Part shown: piece after piece, positions 1-12,880 of the stretch
Numbering within the stretch: position 1 is the stretch's first letter
Layout of the letters: every line of letters starts with the position of its first letter
NCBI RefSeq assembly: GCF_004010195.1
Contig: NC_057718.1
Location: forward strand, 18,638,767-18,688,349
Direction: 5' to 3'
From: Chiloscyllium plagiosum
Lineage: Eukaryota
DNA: 49,583 nucleotides
Notes under the pieces: generated by a model
The model's database searches: none
What the model saw: the letters and a program-made list of their open reading frames with translations, nothing else
Told to the model about the DNA's origin: nothing
Translations under genes and position numbers: made by a program

Positions 1-172
1 GGGGGAGGTGTGGGCGCAAGTTTTGCATTTCTTGCGGTTGCAGGGGAAGGTGCCGGGAGTGGAGGTTGGGTTGGTGGGGGGTGTGGACCTGACGAGGGTG
101 TCGCGGTGGGAGTGGTCTTTCCGGAATGCTGATAGGGGAGGGGAGGGAAATATATCCTTGGTGGTAGGGTCT
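1..172 (-). mobile_element. Penelope-like retroelement ORF fragment (linker between RT and GIY-YIG endonuclease), runs off window start
   Basis: Minus strand translates without stops as DPTTKDIFPSPPLSAFRKDHSHRDTLVRSTPPTNPTSTPGTFPCNRKKCKTCAHTSP. The P-x-x-AFR...L-V-R-S and C-x4-C-x2-C pattern is typical of the PLE linker. Confidence 0.8.
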
Positions 173-1785
173 CTTCTCTTTAATCACAGGCAACATCCCA
201 GACGCCTACAGGATAGCCAATGTTGTTCCTTTGTTAAATGCAGGGTGTCTTGAAATTCATTAAGGTAGGTAAGCCTCCAGGGCCTGATGGGATCTATCCC
301 AGGATACTAAAGGAGGTGAAAGAGGAGTTTGCTGGGGTCTTGACAGAGATCTTTGTATTCTCTTTAATCACAGGCAACGTCCCAGAAGCCTACAGGATAG
401 CCAATGTTGTTCCTTTGTTAAAGAAGGGATAATCCAGAAAATTAGAGGCAAGTAAGTGGTACAGAAATCGTTGGAGAAGATTCTCAGGGACAGGATTTAC
501 TCATATTTGGAAACGAATGGAATTATTAGGGGTAGTCAGCATGGCTTTATATGGGGGAGGTCTTGTGTCACAAATTTGATTCATGTTTTTAGAAAGTGAT
601 GAAGATGTTTGATGAGGGTAGGGCAGTGTATGTTGACCTCAATGACTTTGTTAAAGCATTTGACATGGTCCCTCATGGTAGGCTGGCCCAGAAGATTAAG
701 TCACATGGAATCCCTGGTGACTTGGTAAATTGGGTACAAAATTAGCTTGGTCTTTGAAGACAGAGGTAATTATGGAGGGGTAATTTTTGACTGCAAGCCT
801 GTGACCAGCGGTACTCGACAAGGATCAATGCTGGGACCTCTGTTGTTTGCAATATATAAAAAGGATTTGGATGAAAATGCAGGTGGTCAGACTAGTAAGT
901 TTGCAGATGACACAAAAACTGGTAGTGCTGAGGATAGTGAGGAAGGTTGTCAAGGGTTACAGAATATTGATCATTTGGAAAGTTGGGTGGAGAAATGGCA
1001 AATGGAGTGTAATCTAGACAAGTGTAATGTGATGCATTTTGGGAGGTTAACTGCAAGGGTAAAATATACAGTATACATTAAATGGCAGGACCTTTAGGAT
1101 ATTGATACAGAGGGATCTTGGGGTGTAAGCCCATAGCTCCCTGAAAGTGGCAACACACGTGGATAAGGCGGTAAAGAATGTATACGGCATTCTAGCTTTC
1201 AGTGATCAGGACACTGAGTATAAAAGTTGGCAAGTCATGTTGCAGCTAAGACTTTAGTTAGGTCAAATGTGGAGTAGTGTGTGCATCTCTGGGTTGCTAC
1301 ACTATAGGAAGGATGTGGAGGCCCTGGAGAGGGTGCAAAAGGGGTTCACCAGGATGTTGCCTGGATTGGAGTGTAGCGAGAAGGAAAGGTTAGACAAACT
1401 TGGATTGTTTTCGCTACAGCATTGGAGGCTAAGGTGTGCCATGATAGAAATATATAAAATTATGAGAGGCATGAATACGGTGAATAGTCAGAACCTTTTT
1501 CCCAGAATGGAAATGTCAAAAAAGAGGGGGCATAGGTTTTAAGCGAGAAGGAAAAAGCTTAAAGAAGATGTGTGAAGAAAGTATTTTTCATAGAGTCTGG
1601 TAGGTGCCTGAAACACAGTGCCATGGGAGATAGTAGAGGCATTTAGACAGTTGCATGAACAGGCAACATATAGATGAAAACAGAACCTGTGCATGCAGAT
1701 GGAATTAGTTTAGAATGGCATCATGGTTAGCACAGAAATGGTGAGCCAAATGGCCTGTTCTTGTGTTATGTTCTCTATTCTATGA
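173..1785 (+). mobile_element. CR1-clade LINE, 5'-truncated and decayed ORF2 (RT) plus 3'UTR
   Basis: Fragments PGPDGIYPRILKE, ANVVPLLKKG, QGSMLGPLLF, SKFADDTK, LERVQKGFTRMLPGL, with several frameshifts and stops. Ends in a tgttctctattctatga tail. Confidence 0.93.
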
Positions 1786-1926
1786 CACGTGCAGTGTAAA
1801 GGGTTGATACTTGAATATGTTATTAATAAGTTAAGCCAGCAGTGATGTAATAAATAATGTCAAAATAAAAGATTTTGAAAAGAAATACAACCTCATTAAG
1901 GCATCTAAATAATCATACATTGTTGA

Positions 1927-2243
1927 GCAGTGCAGTGGCTCAGTGGTTAGCATTGTTGCCTCACAGCACCAGGGACCCAGGTTCAATTCTGCCCTCAGGT
2001 GACTATCTGTGTGGAGTTTGTGCATTCCCCCAATGTCTGTGTGGGTTTCCTCCCACAGACCAAAGATATGCAGGTTAGGTAGATTGGCCATGTCAAATTG
2101 CCGTAGTATCCAGGGATGTGTAGGTTAGGTGGATTAGCCATGGGAAATGCAGGGTTACGGGGATGGGGAGGGATTCTGTTCAGAGGATTGGTGTGGAATC
2201 AATGGGCTGAATGGCTTGCTATCACACTGTAGGGATTCTGTGA
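1927..2243 (+). mobile_element. tRNA-derived V-domain SINE (HE1-like), older subfamily
   Basis: A box tggctcagtgg, B box ggttcaattc, V-domain tgtgtggagtttg...gtgggtttcctcccaca, 3' end cactgtagggattct. Confidence 0.88.
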
Positions 2244-4269
2244 AACAACGGATGAATAAACAATTATATTGGAAGCACCTTCAACTCCAACAATCTGTTT
2301 GAAGTGATGCTGGGCTCCTAACCTCTTCCAGACTTACTCCACAATAGCAGAATAAGCTGCAAGAATCTTGAAAAGACACTTACAGATTAAATGAATGTTC
2401 TGTAAAGTTATTACCCATACTTTCTTTGATCCTGGACAGGGAATACAGTGCTTTAAATTGAAGAAAGTACAAATAAATCACTGTTTTGTTTGGAGGGAGG
2501 GATGATGAGCAAAGAAGAGGCAAAAAGACAGGTGTTACATCTCCTGTGCTGCCATAGAAACATGTCATGGCAAGTAGACAGGATGTTGGGGTGACTGAGG
2601 TTTGCATCAGAAGGGACTGGTCTCTTCACAATGCTGAAATAGGAACAGCTGGGCAACTTAATCATGCATTTTACTGACTGTTGAATTTTCACCGTATTTA
2701 AGTCAATATATTAAACATCGTGACAATTTCTCTCATTAATATATTTATCAGAGTATAATCAGCCAGTTTATTTTCCCTTCCATCCTTCCTTTCCTCGATT
2801 TAATAATTCTATTAAAATTATAGATGTGTGTAAATGGATAGCAATAGAAGTGAAAGCACAATTATTGACCTCTACTTAGAGTTGCTTTCATGCATTCTCC
2901 TACCCAAAAAGGGAAATGAAAAGTAATAAAAGCTGTTTAATTTGCCTTATTAAATCACTAAAGCATACACAGAATTTCAAAACATGGAAGTTTGGAATGA
3001 GGCAAAGGTTATAAAAAATTTTCAAGTCAGATGATAGTTATCAGCATAAAGGCAGGGTCTGGACCTATTGGTGGAATGTTTTCTGTTATACACACAGATG
3101 AACCAATTCCAAGCATCTCTGGGTGAAGAAGTATCAAGGGTCACATAAGTCACAGTAAAAGTCACTGAACTGTTACGCTACAGTAAAGTTGACAGGAATA
3201 AGGTATTTTCCCATGTACAACTTCATTAAGGAAATAACTGAAGCCTTACTCTACCTACACTCAACTATTGAACTTCCCATCAGCAGCTAGTCTATTCACC
3301 TTAACCTAGCCTTTATTGAGCTACTCTTGGGTTAAAGACTTTTTCCTTAAATTTATTTGATTTGTAACTGTCATTTATTGATGTAACTACTTTCTGTTTT
3401 CTCACAAGTTGAAACATGTTTTTCTAAGTCTATTCTATCAAACCATTTTATAACCAACCTTCTCTTTTCTTGAGAAAAGAGGCATAGCTTCTTCATTTTG
3501 TCCTGGTGCAGACTTCAAAACAAAGGAGCTTTAGCATGTAGCTGAAGAAAGTGAGTGTGTGAAGTGATGGGAACGTAGAAAGCTTCAGATGCTTATGGTA
3601 TACTCCACCAAGACCCCAGCAGCCGTATACACCTATTTGAATCATCTTCATTTGTTATCCTTGAGCAAGTGCAGACAAAATGGGCCAAATGGCCTCCTTC
3701 TGTATCACAACACTTCAGTGGAGCAAAGCCATCATGGGCTGCAGCAGATAGCCTTGTCTACTGACAGACATCTATCCATAATCTTGGTCTTTTGAGTAAC
3801 ATTGCAAACACAGCAAACATTTAGCTAGTAAGCAGCAAAATTGTGGGCATGAACATGCATGTCAAGTATTTTACTCAATTGAACATGTGAGTCATTTGTT
3901 CAATAATGTCAACCATTAACTGATGATTTTCTAAAATTACAATGATAAAATGTTTTTGTCTCATGTAGTTTCCTGTAGATCTCTCACCAGTCCTGCTCAG
4001 AAATGGATCCAGACTCTCTTCAGCAACTCCATGCTCTCATGTCTCACTGTTGTCCTAAGTAACTCCATTGTACAGCCTAGAAAAAATGTGGAACTTCAGG
4101 TCGTGAAGTAAGCCTTATAGATATCAATCACTTCACAAACGATTCTGCACATATGCCCCACCACTGGGTCCTTTCATTTTATACTGGTTAGATATATGCT
4201 AATTGATTGAAGTACTGAAGAATTCTGATTAGCTACTTGGTAGGACATTGGCCTTGCTGCTTGTGCTCA

Positions 4270-4925
4270 TATTTGTCTAGTGCTTTTAATATAAGGAAAC
4301 ATCCTAAGGTGCATCACAGGAACATTACAGAACAAAGTATAATGTCAAGCCAGATGAGGAGATTTTAGGTCAGATGACCAAAATCTTAGCCAAGAAGCAG
4401 GTATTAACGTGTGTTTTAAAAGAGGAAGGCAACATAGAGAGGCAAAGAGGGGTGAAGACAAGGAACTCCAACCTTGGGTCTGAGCAGCCAAAGGCATGGC
4501 CAGCAACGATGGAGCAATTGAAATTGGGGATGCACACGAAGCCAGAACAAAAGTAATGTGGGGTCTGTACCTGTGCTGTACTGATTTATGTTCTATATTT
4601 GTTCTAAGGGAGGGTCACTGGACCCAAAACCTTAACTCTGATTTCTCTCCAGAGATGTTGCCAGACCTGCTAAGTCTTTCCAGTATTTTCTATTTTTGTT
4701 TCTGATTTCCAGCATCTGCAGTTCTTTCAGTCTTTCCTTTGTTCTAAATGTTCTATCACGGAGAGTGTGAGACTGGAAGAGATTACATAGATATTGTGTG
4801 GAGATCAGTGAACACATAGGTAGCTGGGATGTGTGGAATGTGCTGTGGATGAAGATGTGAGTAACAGGGAGTTTTGGATGGCTTTAGGTTTACAGAGGTA
4901 GGATGTGGGATACCAGCTCGGAGCG
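4270..4925 (-). mobile_element. L2-like LINE 3' remnant, interrupted by a CR1 tail and a PLE fragment
   Basis: Similar by eye to the L2 remnant at 18385-19015 (tagtgctttta...aaggtgcatcacaggaacatta). Highly decayed. Confidence 0.5.
4608..4737 (+). mobile_element. PLE pseudo-LTR fragment with decayed hammerhead stem II, flanked by a 10-bp direct repeat
   Basis: agggtcactggacccaaaac...gatgttgccagacctgct...tttccagcatctgcagt. tttgttctaa occurs at 4598-4607 and 4738-4747. Confidence 0.7.
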
Positions 4926-5429
4926 TGTTTTAATCACATTTTTCTGATGCTATGCGAGTTGTGAACAACAATTATAAAGATCAGACACAGCAAGAGTGAA
5001 ATATAATCGACTACATGCATCCATTTCTATTTAATTGGCTGGATTAGGTATAGTGTGAATACCAATCTGTTTCTGGGTTCTTCTGCAAGTTTCCATAACT
5101 ATTAATAGCTGACAGCTTAGACTGTCTAATTGTGCAATGGGCCGTTTTCTTACAATCCATGAAATAAATATTCACAAGGTACAATTTCGTTATCAAATCC
5201 ATTCCTTCCATAAATGGAATAGACTTCCTGTTGTAGCAATTAATGTTGATGCAGTTTTAGAAAGAAAAGAAGCATGATGAATAATTAGTTAGAAAAGGGA
5301 TTAAGTGTTGTATATACTGAAGGAGATAATTGACTGTCTGTAAACAGGATAATTGCTGAGCCCAGGAGACTACTGAGACCAAAGAAATGTCAAGGCAATT
5401 GCTGATGGATAAAAAAATAGGTATTCTGA

Positions 5430-5512
5430 AATAGAGTCAGAAAATACTGGAAATACTCAGCAGGTCGGGCAGCATCTGTGGAGAAAGAAATCATACTAAC
5501 ATATCAGGTTGG
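5430..5512 (-). mobile_element. PLE pseudo-LTR fragment
   Basis: cagaaaatactggaaatactcagcaggtcgggcagcatctgtggaga is the reverse complement of the family seen at 4608-4737. Confidence 0.65.
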
Positions 5513-8500
5513 TGTCCTTTATCTGCAATTATTGAAAGATGTAATAGCTTTTCAGTGGAAGGGGACTGGGTGGAGGAAAGATCAAAAAGGATGGTATGAG
5601 ATCAATAATGAGAAGAGAAGGTAGAAGCAATGAAAGTGAACAAGGTAAAAGTGATAAATGTAGTTTCAGTTGGAGATAAGTGTAGAATTTCTTCAAGGTA
5701 ACCATGATTGGAAAAGAAATGACAATGATTTAAATACTAAAATATTATGAATGAAATTTCAATTGTATTATTCCTTGTAACAACTGTGCTTCTTTAAAAA
5801 AATCTTCTACATTTTGAAGGTGGACTGAAATAGGAAAATAAATCTTCTTCTAAAAATAAAATTCTGGAAGCGATAACATTTTTAAAAAGCAAATCACTGA
5901 AACTCATTGGAAGTGATGTTTACACTGCTGCTTTGTCCACACAGTGAGGGTGGTTGGGGAGGCATTGGTTGCAAAAGGGATGTCAACAGGGGGTGTGCAC
6001 AAATTATGATTCAAGTGGCAACAAGCAGCTGATTGGTTATGTGTGATGGTGATCAGTTGTCGGTGACAAAAAGCCATCAGTTTGTCACAACTATGTGACT
6101 ATTTTCTTGGACCCTAAAAAGGGAGATGGTGTGTCCCTCTACAGTAGAAAACACCTAAAGTCTGAAGAAAGACAATTATTTTCTCCTACCAGTTGTTGTA
6201 AAGTGTGGCTTTAAACCAATATTTGAGAGACTTCATAATATGTGAAGCCTCTTTTGAAGGACGGACAGCTCTGAAGGGCTTGGGAAACTAAAGGAACACC
6301 CCAAAAACCCTGTGAACTGGTACCATTGATCTGTTTCCCCAGTTCCTCCACCCATAAAACCAATAATTTGTATCTGTTTGTATGAATGTGTAGGAGGAGT
6401 TTTATAAGGTGTTAAAATTTTAATTAGAAGAAACACTTGTCAACATATTTCATACTTGTTTACCTGAGATAGAACCTATTTATTTATAATAAGTAGTCAT
6501 GCTTAATAAGTACAGAAATGTGGTTGATGTTTTCCCTTCATCAGGGTATATATAGACAGGTTGAAGTCTTTGCATACTTTGATAAAGACTTTAACTTTGA
6601 GACTACTCCAGGAATAGTGAAGCTTGGTTTACAGTATGCTACTCTAGTACGGTTTGACGCTTTGGAGATGGTACAGCAAAGACCTTTGACGAACATTTTC
6701 TCAGTAAAGTAAATGGATTGAAGAGAGTCAATGATGTGATGCTTCTGGCATATTGTAGAAGGACCAAGTAACATGATGGACCAAATCACCTTCCGTTCTT
6801 CTTTCTTAAGAGCATGGAAATGAAAAATAATTATTGTCTGCACTGAAATAGCTTTCTTTCTGTTAACCCCAAATTAAACATAATCACTTACTTATTAATC
6901 TGTCTATAAACAACATGAAGCTCAAACTAATCAATCAACAAATTTGCTTACTCATTGTTAAGGTAGCTAAAGTGTGGCCATTGGAGTTTTGTTTTGTTAC
7001 ATTGAGAAGGTGTCAGGGATTCTGCTTTGTTTTAAAAGCTTGGGCACCATTGCATTATTCAGAATATGCAATGTCAGAATATCTACCGTTAGATGCTTGA
7101 TGCACATTGAAAATGGATATGACAAAATTATAGAATGCCAGACATTATTTTACATCTATTAAAATACATTATCTGTAGAAGGGCTTTTGGACCTTGGAGG
7201 AACCTTGCTCAGCATCACTGCACATAAATATCATTGTATGAAAGGAGAAGTTGGAATTCTCTAGAATATTCAGATAAAAATATCAACATGAACACACAAA
7301 TGCAATAGATTAGTCTTGTAGCTGCCACACTCATGGCTGGTGGCCATGAGGTTACCATTGTAAAGTATCATGGGCCATGAGATTTTACATATCTCCACAC
7401 CACAGTACCTTCAGGGTCAGATTTTCATCTTTGAGACAGGTAATGGAAGCTGGGAAATTATTTGGATTGACCCACCTGCCTTGGGGCGGTGGGAATCTGG
7501 AACTCACTGCCTGTAAGGGTGATAGTGACAAAAACCCTCATAACATTTAGAATTATTTACATGTGCTTTGCAATGCCAAGACATACAAGACTATGAGTCA
7601 AGTTCTGGGAAAAATGGGTTTAGAATAGTTCGGTGCTTGTTTTTAACTGGTGCTGAATTGATAGGCCGTATGCCCTTTTTTGTGCTGTTGAACCCTGTGA
7701 CTCTTTGACATCCATTATTCCTTTGAAATACATGAATCTCTGCTTTGGCTCTCTAACCGCTCCTGTAAATTTTACGGTATTGATTTGAATAAGGTTAAAT
7801 GAATGTAATGCACGCAGTTTCAGTTTTCAAAACTTTAAACAACCTGTATTATGGAAACTTTGGCCAAAGAATTCTAATGTAATGGAAATTTATCAGTGAG
7901 TTAATATTGTTGAATGTTATTTTGACACACCAACATTCACTACAGGGCTCATTGTTTCCATGTAGTGTATAGAAAGCAAATGGCCTGAAAGTGTCATACC
8001 TTGGCATAGGGTGTCATAAGGGTGAGAGACATGGGGCATACATTGGTTTGGGTGACATGATGGACCATGGGAGAAGTGGGAGAAGGAGCATACCTTTGCA
8101 CAGGAGGCCAAGAGCAACCATGAGGTGTGGGGAGAAGGAGTGTACAGCAGCATGAGGGCTGATGGGGATGGGAGGGTCATACCTTGGCATGAGGGAATAA
8201 TGGACCATAATGGAGAAGAGACATTGCTCAGCAAGGAAACATGGAGATGAACTTTAGAACTTAACTTTCAAAAGGCTCCTTCACATAGACGATGGTGCAT
8301 GACATCTTTGAATTGCTGTGAAATATTGCTCTTGAAAAACCTGGTCCAACTCCATAAAAATTGCATAAGAGTAAGTCATCTCAATCTCTGCAATTGAGCT
8401 GACCAAATCAGGAATGTCAAGTGAGGACATACCAACTTATACACTTAAAAGACACTCCTCAAAATTGAGAAACCTTGGAAGGTGGCCTGGAATTGGGACC

Positions 8501-10037
8501 TGTCCATTATCTTTAATGGCCTCTGAAGTCTTTCCAAATCATCAAATATCCAGACCTAAATTTTGGTTGTGATAGCATGGAAACCTGCATTAAGTAAGAA
8601 AGCAGAAATGACAGTCACTTTCTGTTCTACCTCAATCATTTTCTGTGGCCAAGTATTCCACAGACTCACCACTCACTGGGTGAAGGAACCCACAGAGCAA
8701 TTATTCTTCACTCCTAATCCATGGAGAGATTGGCTTGGGTGAATTTTGGTAGCAATGCCCAATCTCGACATTGGGGTGGTTTACTTGATGGTAACCTGAA
8801 TAAGTGAGTGGGGTGGGCCGGGGAAATCTCGTACAGAACAACGGCAAGTTCCGGAGTCATGACATGTGGTGTTCATTGCAACCAATGAAAACAGCCACCC
8901 AACCACTCTGGCACTGTGGACAATGCCTGACCATCAGAAGGAATGGCAGAAACACACAGTACCTTCAGTGGCAAGGAAGCATCTGCTATTGCAGCCAGGC
9001 AAGTGTTAGTGGAGGTATCGGGTTCCATGAAGTGACAGTAAGGGCATAATTGTTACCTGGGGCGAAGTCTACTTTGTGAATTGCTCTACATAAATAAATG
9101 AAGACCTTAAATTGAATTGCAATTCAATGGCTCACTGCAAAGCTCATGAAATCTATTACTTGGATAAAGTGGGAGTGAAATCCTGTATTTCCCAGGGAAA
9201 ATCTCACAGTGATATTTCCTTTGCTTTCACCCTTTATCGAGCCCCAAACCCATCTCCATGTGCCAGGAAAATGCAACACTTTCACTTGGCATAACTGTGT
9301 AAAAGGACTCATACCAATTCCGCACCTCTCTTGATGTTCACATCTCTCTCCATTGGGAATAAACATCAGGAGAGTTTTAAAACAAGATACAGCTGACTCA
9401 CTATTGCCTGCTTATACTACTCACTACTACCACTTATAGTCAAGATCCAGCCCCTGATCGTCTACCCTAACTAGGTTATTTATATTCATCTCCACTCGAA
9501 CAGAAATCCTTTAGAAAAACATTTGATCTGATAGTCATTCAATCGATAAGTGAAGTAACTCCTGACTTATTTAAAGAAAGATTCGCTCCCACAAAAAAAG
9601 GAAAAGTAATGCAACAAATTGAAGAGACCAAACAAAATGGAAGTGCAAGAATGAGGTTTTTAGTTACCTGGTTATTTTGGAGAAATAGTGGTTATTTTCC
9701 TCGGAACAAAAGAGAATGAAGAGAGATATAGCAGAAGTTAACAAATGGTGACAGGTTTAGATAAGTAGACAAAGAAAAAACTCTCCCCAGTAGCTCATGG
9801 TAAAAGATTAAGGAACACAAATTTCAGATGTTGGACAAGAGATGGAGGAGAAATGTGAGGAAGAACTTTCTATGCAGCAATTCGTTGTGGTCTGGAACTT
9901 GAAGCCTATGACAATGGCTGAAATTAAGACAATCAAAGATTTCCAAAGATAATTTGATAGGCACTTCAAGGTAATACACTTGCATGGGACTTTTTTTTCC
10001 CAGATCAAAATAACCAGTAGCACAAGCTCAAAAGTAA

Positions 10038-10474
10038 GGCGTGGCACAATGGCTCAGTGGTTAACACAGCTGCCTCATGGTCCCAGAGACCCAGGTTTGA
10101 TTCCACCCTCAGGTGACTGTGTGGATTTTGCATGGTCTCCTCATGTCTGTGTGGGTTTTCACCGGGTGCTCCAGTTTCCTCCCACAGTCCAGAGTATGCA
10201 AGGCTAAATTTTCCCATAGTTGTCCAGAGATATACTGGTTAGGTAGATTGGCCATACTAAAGTGCCCCATAGTGTCCAGGGATGTGCTGGTTAGGTAGAC
10301 TGGCCATGCTAAATTTCCCCATAGTGAGCAGGGATGTGCAGGTTAAGTGGGTTAACCATGTAGAATGCAAGGTTACAAAGATAGGCTGAGTCTGGGCAGG
10401 ATGCTCTTCGAAGGGTTGGTACAGACCCGATGGGCCAAATAGCATAGTCCTGCACTATAGGGATTCTATGATTC
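10038..10474 (+). mobile_element. HE1-like V-SINE with an internal ~52-bp tandem expansion
   Basis: A box tggctcagtgg, B box ggtttgattcc, V-domain. The unit aggtagattggccatactaaa...gatgtgctggtt occurs about 3 times (10200-10344). ggattctatgattc tail. Confidence 0.88.
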
Positions 10475-10837
10475 CAGTTTATTTGACAAGGTAATGGGAC
10501 TGAATGGATTGCTCTACAGTGAACCAGCTTTGATTTGATGGGCCTAATTGGTTTTTAGATTCTATGACACTTTTGTGGTCCATCAATGCATTGACAATTT
10601 GGTCACAATTTTCTAGGACTGAGATTTCCACTCCTCTCTCTCTAATTTGTTGAACAAGAACTTTGTAATTTAAACCAAACAATTGAGGAAGGTGCCTCCC
10701 TATGATTTAGGACCAAAGAACCAGACATTGGCTCAAACGTCTGCACAATAGGGGAGCCTATTGTTCCATGAAAAGTGGAAGGTCAGCATTCACTATCACC
10801 AGCGTGATGAGTAAAACCTTTCAAATCACAATGAGCA

Positions 10838-11218
10838 CAAAGAACACAAAGAGAATTACAACACAGGAATCGGCCGTTTGGCCCTCCAACCCAAGACGAT
10901 CCAGATCCTCTATCTAAACCTGTCACATATTTTCTAAGGATCTGTATCCCTTTGCTCCCTGCCCATTCATGTATCTGCCTAGATACATCTTAAATGATGC
11001 TATCATGCTTGCCTCTAGCACCTCCGCTGGTACCATGTCCCAGGCAGCCAGCACCCTCTGCGTAAAAAACTTTCCATGCATATCTCCCTTAAACTTTCCC
11101 TTTCTCATCTTGAATTTGTGACCCCTAGTAATTGAGTACCCCACTCTGGGAAAAAGCTTTTTGCTATCCACCCTGTCTATATCTCTCATGGTTTTGTAGA
11201 CCTCAATCAGGTCCCCCT
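10838..11218 (-). mobile_element. CR1 LINE 3' end
   Basis: ORF 10923-11189 MRDIDRVDSKKLFPRV...FFTQRV..W matches the CR1 ORF2 C-terminus. 3'UTR lies at lower coordinates. Confidence 0.9.
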
Positions 11219-12084
11219 GAAGTCAAAACAATTACACTTTTAAAAGGGAGAAAGACAGACAAAGACAATGAGCACTTGGTCTGTAAGGGGGAGAGAGATA
11301 GAAACCTACACTGCCAACTGACACCGCAGTGAATCTGCACAGTTACTGCCTTTGCTGTTTGAATTCATATATCGCTGGGCATCAGAGTGTGTCTAGGAAA
11401 AATTCACAAACAATGAAATTCACAACTGGTCTTGGAGGAAGCTGTTTGGGAGACGTCACAGCACAGAAACAGGTAAGTGAAGAGTTTTAAGTATAGCCTT
11501 GCTGTAAATCTACAATAGGGAGTATAATGGGTTCTTTCTTGATTTAATGTTTTTACTGGGATCTGTCACTTGGTTAAGTTTTAAAAATATAAGCCATAAG
11601 TATTAAGTTAGCCTGGAGCAGAGTTTTGTAGAGCAGTAAGATGATGCTATTTTCTGGGACTGTAGATTGGAAGGAGCAAAATTACCTTTAGTAGAGTGAC
11701 GTGCTCTTCTTGTTGGATATAGGAGTTTCAAGAGAGTTTTTGGGTTACTGAGGATTGTATCTGCAATAAATGTCATTGGTTGCGAAACCTGTCAGATCGA
11801 ATGGATCCATTGGAGTGACAATTAGAGGCAATAAGAAATTTACAAGAGCTAGAGGGTGAGATGGATGGCAGTTATAGGAAGGGAAAAACCTGCAGATACA
11901 GTCAGGTAGATAGGTTAACTCTAAGAAGGATAGGAGAGGTAGGCAATTAGTACAGGAGTCTTCTGTGGCTATCCCCATTTCAAACAAGTGTGCTGTTTTG
12001 GAAAATGTTGGGGGTGATGGACTTTCAGAGGAATGTAGCTTGACCAGCCAAGTTTCTGGTATCAAGGCAGGCTCTAATGTAATG

Positions 12085-12203
12085 AAGCTGAAAATGTGTT
12101 GCTGGAAAAGCGCAGCAGGTCAGGCAACATCCAGGGAACAGGAGAATCGACGTTTCGGGCATAAGCCTGAAGAAGGGCTTATGGCCGAAACATCGATTCT
12201 CCT
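12085..12203. mobile_element. Fold-back PLE pseudo-LTR remnant with a minimal hammerhead motif
   Basis: Inverted arms 12140-12167 and 12176-12203 (28 bp, 2 mismatches). The + strand reads ctgaagaa-gggc-ttat-ggcc-gaaacatc. Confidence 0.8.
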
Positions 12204-12408
12204 CCTCCTATCACAGCAGTGATCAGAGATGAAATAACTGATGGATCATCCAGTGATGTTTTGTGGGTGGAATTAAGATATAAAAAGGGGATGGTGATAT
12301 TTTTGGGGTTGTACTATAGGCCCCAGAATAGGCAACAGAAATTACAGGAACACATATATGTAGAGAGATTGGGGAGACTTGGAGGAACATTCGGGTTGTC
12401 ATAATAGG

Positions 12409-12880
12409 AAAGATGTGGATTATTTGGAGAGGGTTCAGAGGAGGTTACCAGGATGCTGCCTGGACTGGAGGGCTTATCTTATGAAGAGAGGATGACTGAG
12501 CTCGGACTTCTATCATTGGAGAAAAGGAGGAGGAGAGGGGACCTAATTGAGGTATACAAGATCATGAGAGGCATAGATAGAGTCGATAAGCAGAGTCTAT
12601 TTCCCAGGGCAGAAATGGCTTACACGAGGGTTCATAGTTTTAAGCTGGTTGGAGGAAAGTATAGAGGGGATGTCAGAGGCGGCTTCTTAACACAGAGAGT
12701 TGTGAGAACATGGGATGCGTTGCCAGCAACAGTTGTGGAAGCAAGGTCATTGGGAACATTTAAGAGACTGTTGGGCATGCATATGGTCAAAGAAATGTGA
12801 GGGTGCATACATGAGGATCAATGGTCGGCATAACATTGTGGGCTGAAGGGCCTGTTCTGTGCTGTACTATTCTATGTTTT
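12409..12880 (+). mobile_element. Younger 5'-truncated CR1 nested in the old CR1 endonuclease region
   Basis: ORF 12453-12800 MLPGLEGLSYEER...RRRGDLIEVYKIMRGIDRV...FLTQRVVRTWDALP. TSD ataatagg at 12401-12408 and 12881-12888. Confidence 0.92.

Noticed and set aside
6545..6708. Candidate exon GIYRQVEVFAYFDKDF...DALEMVQQR
   Set aside because: It abuts LTR-like sequence (~5990-6560), DALEMVQQR resembles the CR1 ALERVQRR motif, and the donor is weak.
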